Origin: Bacteroidota bacterium
GTDB lineage: Bacteria > Bacteroidota > Ignavibacteria > UBA10030 > UBA8401
NCBI GenBank assembly: GCA_021796215.1
Contig: JAJYOK010000010.1
Span: 10,519 to 74,518, forward strand
Length of the DNA stretch: 64,000 nucleotides
Direction: 5' to 3'
A model generated the notes under the pieces. That model had not been told where the DNA came from. It made no database searches and saw only the letters and a list, made by a program, of their open reading frames with translations. Made by a program: the position numbers and the translations under genes. Numbering within the stretch: position 1 is the stretch's first letter; each line of letters opens with the position of its first letter. This document shows, one piece after another, positions 61,590 to 64,000 of the stretch.

Positions 61590-61888
61590 GAATTATTCTA
61601 AATAATCGAGACGTGTGGAATGGTACCCTCAATTCTACCGGCTTAACAACCAATGGCTTTTTGCTGTTGAACTGTGCTGAGGTTGAAAAAGAATTTTTTT
61701 GTCAGTTGGGGCTTTTTTCCTGCCAAAAATGTTTGCGGGTTGCCGAATGGGGCATCCGGTTCGGAAAAACAAGCCTGTACGAGTACACGCTCCCGCCAGC
61801 AAAAGACTTGTTTAGCAGACAGATAAGATGTAGACAAGCCTCGCATGGTTCAACTGACTTCATATAATGAGGAATTGAGAATGTTCGA

Positions 61889-63526
61889 ATGAAAAAAGAA
61901 ATTATTATTAACGCCACTTCCGAAAAAGAAATCCGCATAGCGATAACCGAAGACGGCAAGTTGGTCGAATTGTTCGTTGAGTCGCCGGAAAAAGAACGGA
62001 TGGTCGGCGATATTTATGTGGGAAAAGTTGCTAAGGTGATGCCGGGGATTCAGGCATCCTTCATTGACATCGGGCTTCAACAAGATGCATTCCTGCATTT
62101 TTCCGATATCGGTGCTACGCTGAGTGATTATAATTCTCTTCTCGAGGATGAAACCGAAGTTGACACGGATGAAACTGACGAAGAGCCACAGGGCACTTTT
62201 CAACCGCCGCCTTCTCTCAATAATGAAGCCGCAGTTGCTGCCAGCGTTGAAGCACCTCCGGCAAAGACCACGGATCGCCGCGACCGTCGTTCTCGCCCGC
62301 ACGTCAATCTGGTAAAAGGCCAGGATATTATTGTTCAAATCACTAAAGAGCCGGTGGGGAAAAAGGGCGTGCGCGTTACTACCGAAGTTTCTTTGCCGGG
62401 AAGATTTCTTGTGCTTTTGCCGTTCGACGGGAAAATTGGTGTTTCAAAGAAAATTTCCAGTTTCAAAGAGAAACGGCGTTTGCGAAAATTAGTACGCAGC
62501 ATCTTGCCGCCGTCGTTCGGTGTTATTGTCCGCACGAATGCTGAAAATCAAGATGAAAAACTTCTTTTGCAGGACCTCGAAGCGTTGTTGAATACGTGGC
62601 ACGAGATCGAAAAAACAGTAAAGGAAGAAAGCGCTCCGGCATTGCTCTATAAAGATATGGCAACGACCTCCAGCGTTATCCGCGATCTTTTCCGCGAAGA
62701 TGTTGAACGCGTTGTTGTGGACAGCAAAAAATTGTACAAGGAAATCAAAGCCTATGTGAAAATGTTCTCGCCGAACATGGTGGAAAAAATTGAGCATTAT
62801 GCCAGGCGTGAACCGATCTTTGATGCCAACGGTGTGGAAAAAGAAATTGCGACAACGCTGGCGCGGAAAGTGTGGCTGAAAAGCGGCGGCTACATCATTA
62901 TTGACCATACTGAAGCGATGACGGTGATTGATGTAAACAGCGGGCGCTACGCTGCAAAGCAGGAACAAGAATTGAATTCGTTGCGCACCGATCTTGAAGC
63001 GGCGCGTGAGATTTGCCGTCAGATCCGGCTGCGTGATTTGGGCGGCATTATCGTCATTGATTTTATCGACATGGAGGATGAAAAGAACAGGAAAAAAATC
63101 TACGACGAAGTGAAACGGGAATTTCGTAAAGACCGCGCAAAGGCAACAATACTTCCGTTGACGGAATTTTGTTTGATGCAAATTACGCGGCAGCGCGTTC
63201 GTCAGAGCATTATTCACAGTTTCACCGAACCGTGCCCGGTGTGCGGCGGCAGCGGATTGATTCAATCGAAGACAACGATTGTCAGTCATATTGAACGCTG
63301 GATTCGCCGTTTCAAATCCGAATCGCATGAGTCTCGGTTGACGCTGCATGTCCATCCGAGTTTGGCGCAGTATCTGACAGAAGGAACATTCAGCCGCCTG
63401 CGCAAAATTATGTGGCGGTTCTTTGTTCATATTAAACTGGAAGAAGACAAGTCGCTGGCGATTGATGAATTTCAATTCATCTCGCGGAAAACAGGACACG
63501 ATATTACCGCACAATATTCACAGTAA
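61889..63526 (+). CDS. rne: Ribonuclease E/G family
   Basis: S1 domain [55 protein letters not shown]. Confidence 0.93.
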   Translation: MKKEIIINATSEKEIRIAITEDGKLVELFVESPEKERMVGDIYVGKVAKVMPGIQASFIDIGLQQDAFLHFSDIGATLSDYNSLLEDETEVDTDETDEEPQGTFQPPPSLNNEAAVAASVEAPPAKTTDRRDRRSRPHVNLVKGQDIIVQITKEPVGKKGVRVTTEVSLPGRFLVLLPFDGKIGVSKKISSFKEKRRLRKLVRSILPPSFGVIVRTNAENQDEKLLLQDLEALLNTWHEIEKTVKEESAPALLYKDMATTSSVIRDLFREDVERVVVDSKKLYKEIKAYVKMFSPNMVEKIEHYARREPIFDANGVEKEIATTLARKVWLKSGGYIIIDHTEAMTVIDVNSGRYAAKQEQELNSLRTDLEAAREICRQIRLRDLGGIIVIDFIDMEDEKNRKKIYDEVKREFRKDRAKATILPLTEFCLMQITRQRVRQSIIHSFTEPCPVCGGSGLIQSKTTIVSHIERWIRRFKSESHESRLTLHVHPSLAQYLTEGTFSRLRKIMWRFFVHIKLEEDKSLAIDEFQFISRKTGHDITAQYSQ

Positions 63527-63536
63527 GGAAAAGAAG

Positions 63537-64000
63537 ATGAAATTTTTTATTGACACGGCGAACATCGCCGAAATTAAAGAGGCGAACGATCTCGGAGTGC
63601 TCGACGGTGTGACGACAAATCCGAGTCTGGTTGCAAAAGAAGGAAAAGAATTTGTTCCGCTGTTGAAAGAAATCTGTTCGCTTGTTAAAGGGCCGATCAG
63701 CGCGGAAGTTGTTGCCACCGATTTCGATGGCATCATGAAAGAAGGGCGCGAGCTGGCGAAGATTCACGACAACATTGTTGTGAAAGTGCCTCTTATTAAA
63801 GAAGGATTGAAAGCGGTCAAGGCGCTGAAAGCGGAAGGCATTCGTACCAATGTCACACTTTGCTTTTCCGCCAACCAGGCGCTGCTTGCAGCAAAAGCAG
63901 GCGCATATTTTATCAGCCCGTTTGTCGGCAGGCTCGACGACATCAGCCACAACGGCATGGAGATCGTCGGACAGATTGTTACCATCTATCACAATTACGG
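63537..64000 (+). CDS. fsa: Transaldolase / fructose-6-phosphate aldolase family, 3' truncated
   Basis: Read by hand, absent from ORF track: [40 protein letters not shown]. Confidence 0.93.
   Translation, partial: MKFFIDTANIAEIKEANDLGVLDGVTTNPSLVAKEGKEFVPLLKEICSLVKGPISAEVVATDFDGIMKEGRELAKIHDNIVVKVPLIKEGLKAVKALKAEGIRTNVTLCFSANQALLAAKAGAYFISPFVGRLDDISHNGMEIVGQIVTIYHNY

Noticed and set aside
61596-61888. RNase P RNA, tmRNA or 6S RNA assignment for the pre-rne region
   Set aside because: No GAGGAAAGTCC or tRNA-like ends on either strand; longer and more branched than a typical 6S rod, so kept only as an unassigned leader

Overview
Gene-dense, mostly core-genome window from a diderm bacterium. 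Gene content and protein style suggest the FCB group (Ignavibacteria/Chlorobi-like); this is inference, not a database result. It carries 63 credible CDS, including eno (5' truncated), a phosphohexomutase, apaG, rnhA, a four-gene TRAP-T (TatT/TatP/DctQ/DctM) transporter, uvrA, radA, guaD, rdgB, tig-clpP-clpX, tmk, priA, larC, waaA, metK-ahcY, hicAB, hisD-hisC-etfB-etfA, pdxJ, two orphan bacterial microcompartment (BMC) shell genes, a surface-polysaccharide cluster, rne/rng and a 3'-truncated transaldolase. It also contains an SRP RNA gene, several intrinsic terminators and a recurring TTG-N-N-N-N17-TA-N-N-T-T promoter motif. I found no CRISPR array, IS element, prophage, rRNA or tRNA. No unambiguous new system is demonstrable from sequence alone. 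The best leads are an enzyme-less two-gene BMC shell locus with its own promoter and a helical-domain-fused hexamer, several families of intergenic palindromes (7- and 8-nt-periodic hairpins and a REP-like element present twice), a ~290-nt structured rne leader, the TRAP-T system and a guaD-PQ-loop-rdgB purine cluster. Start codons were adjusted by eye where the ORF track over-extends.
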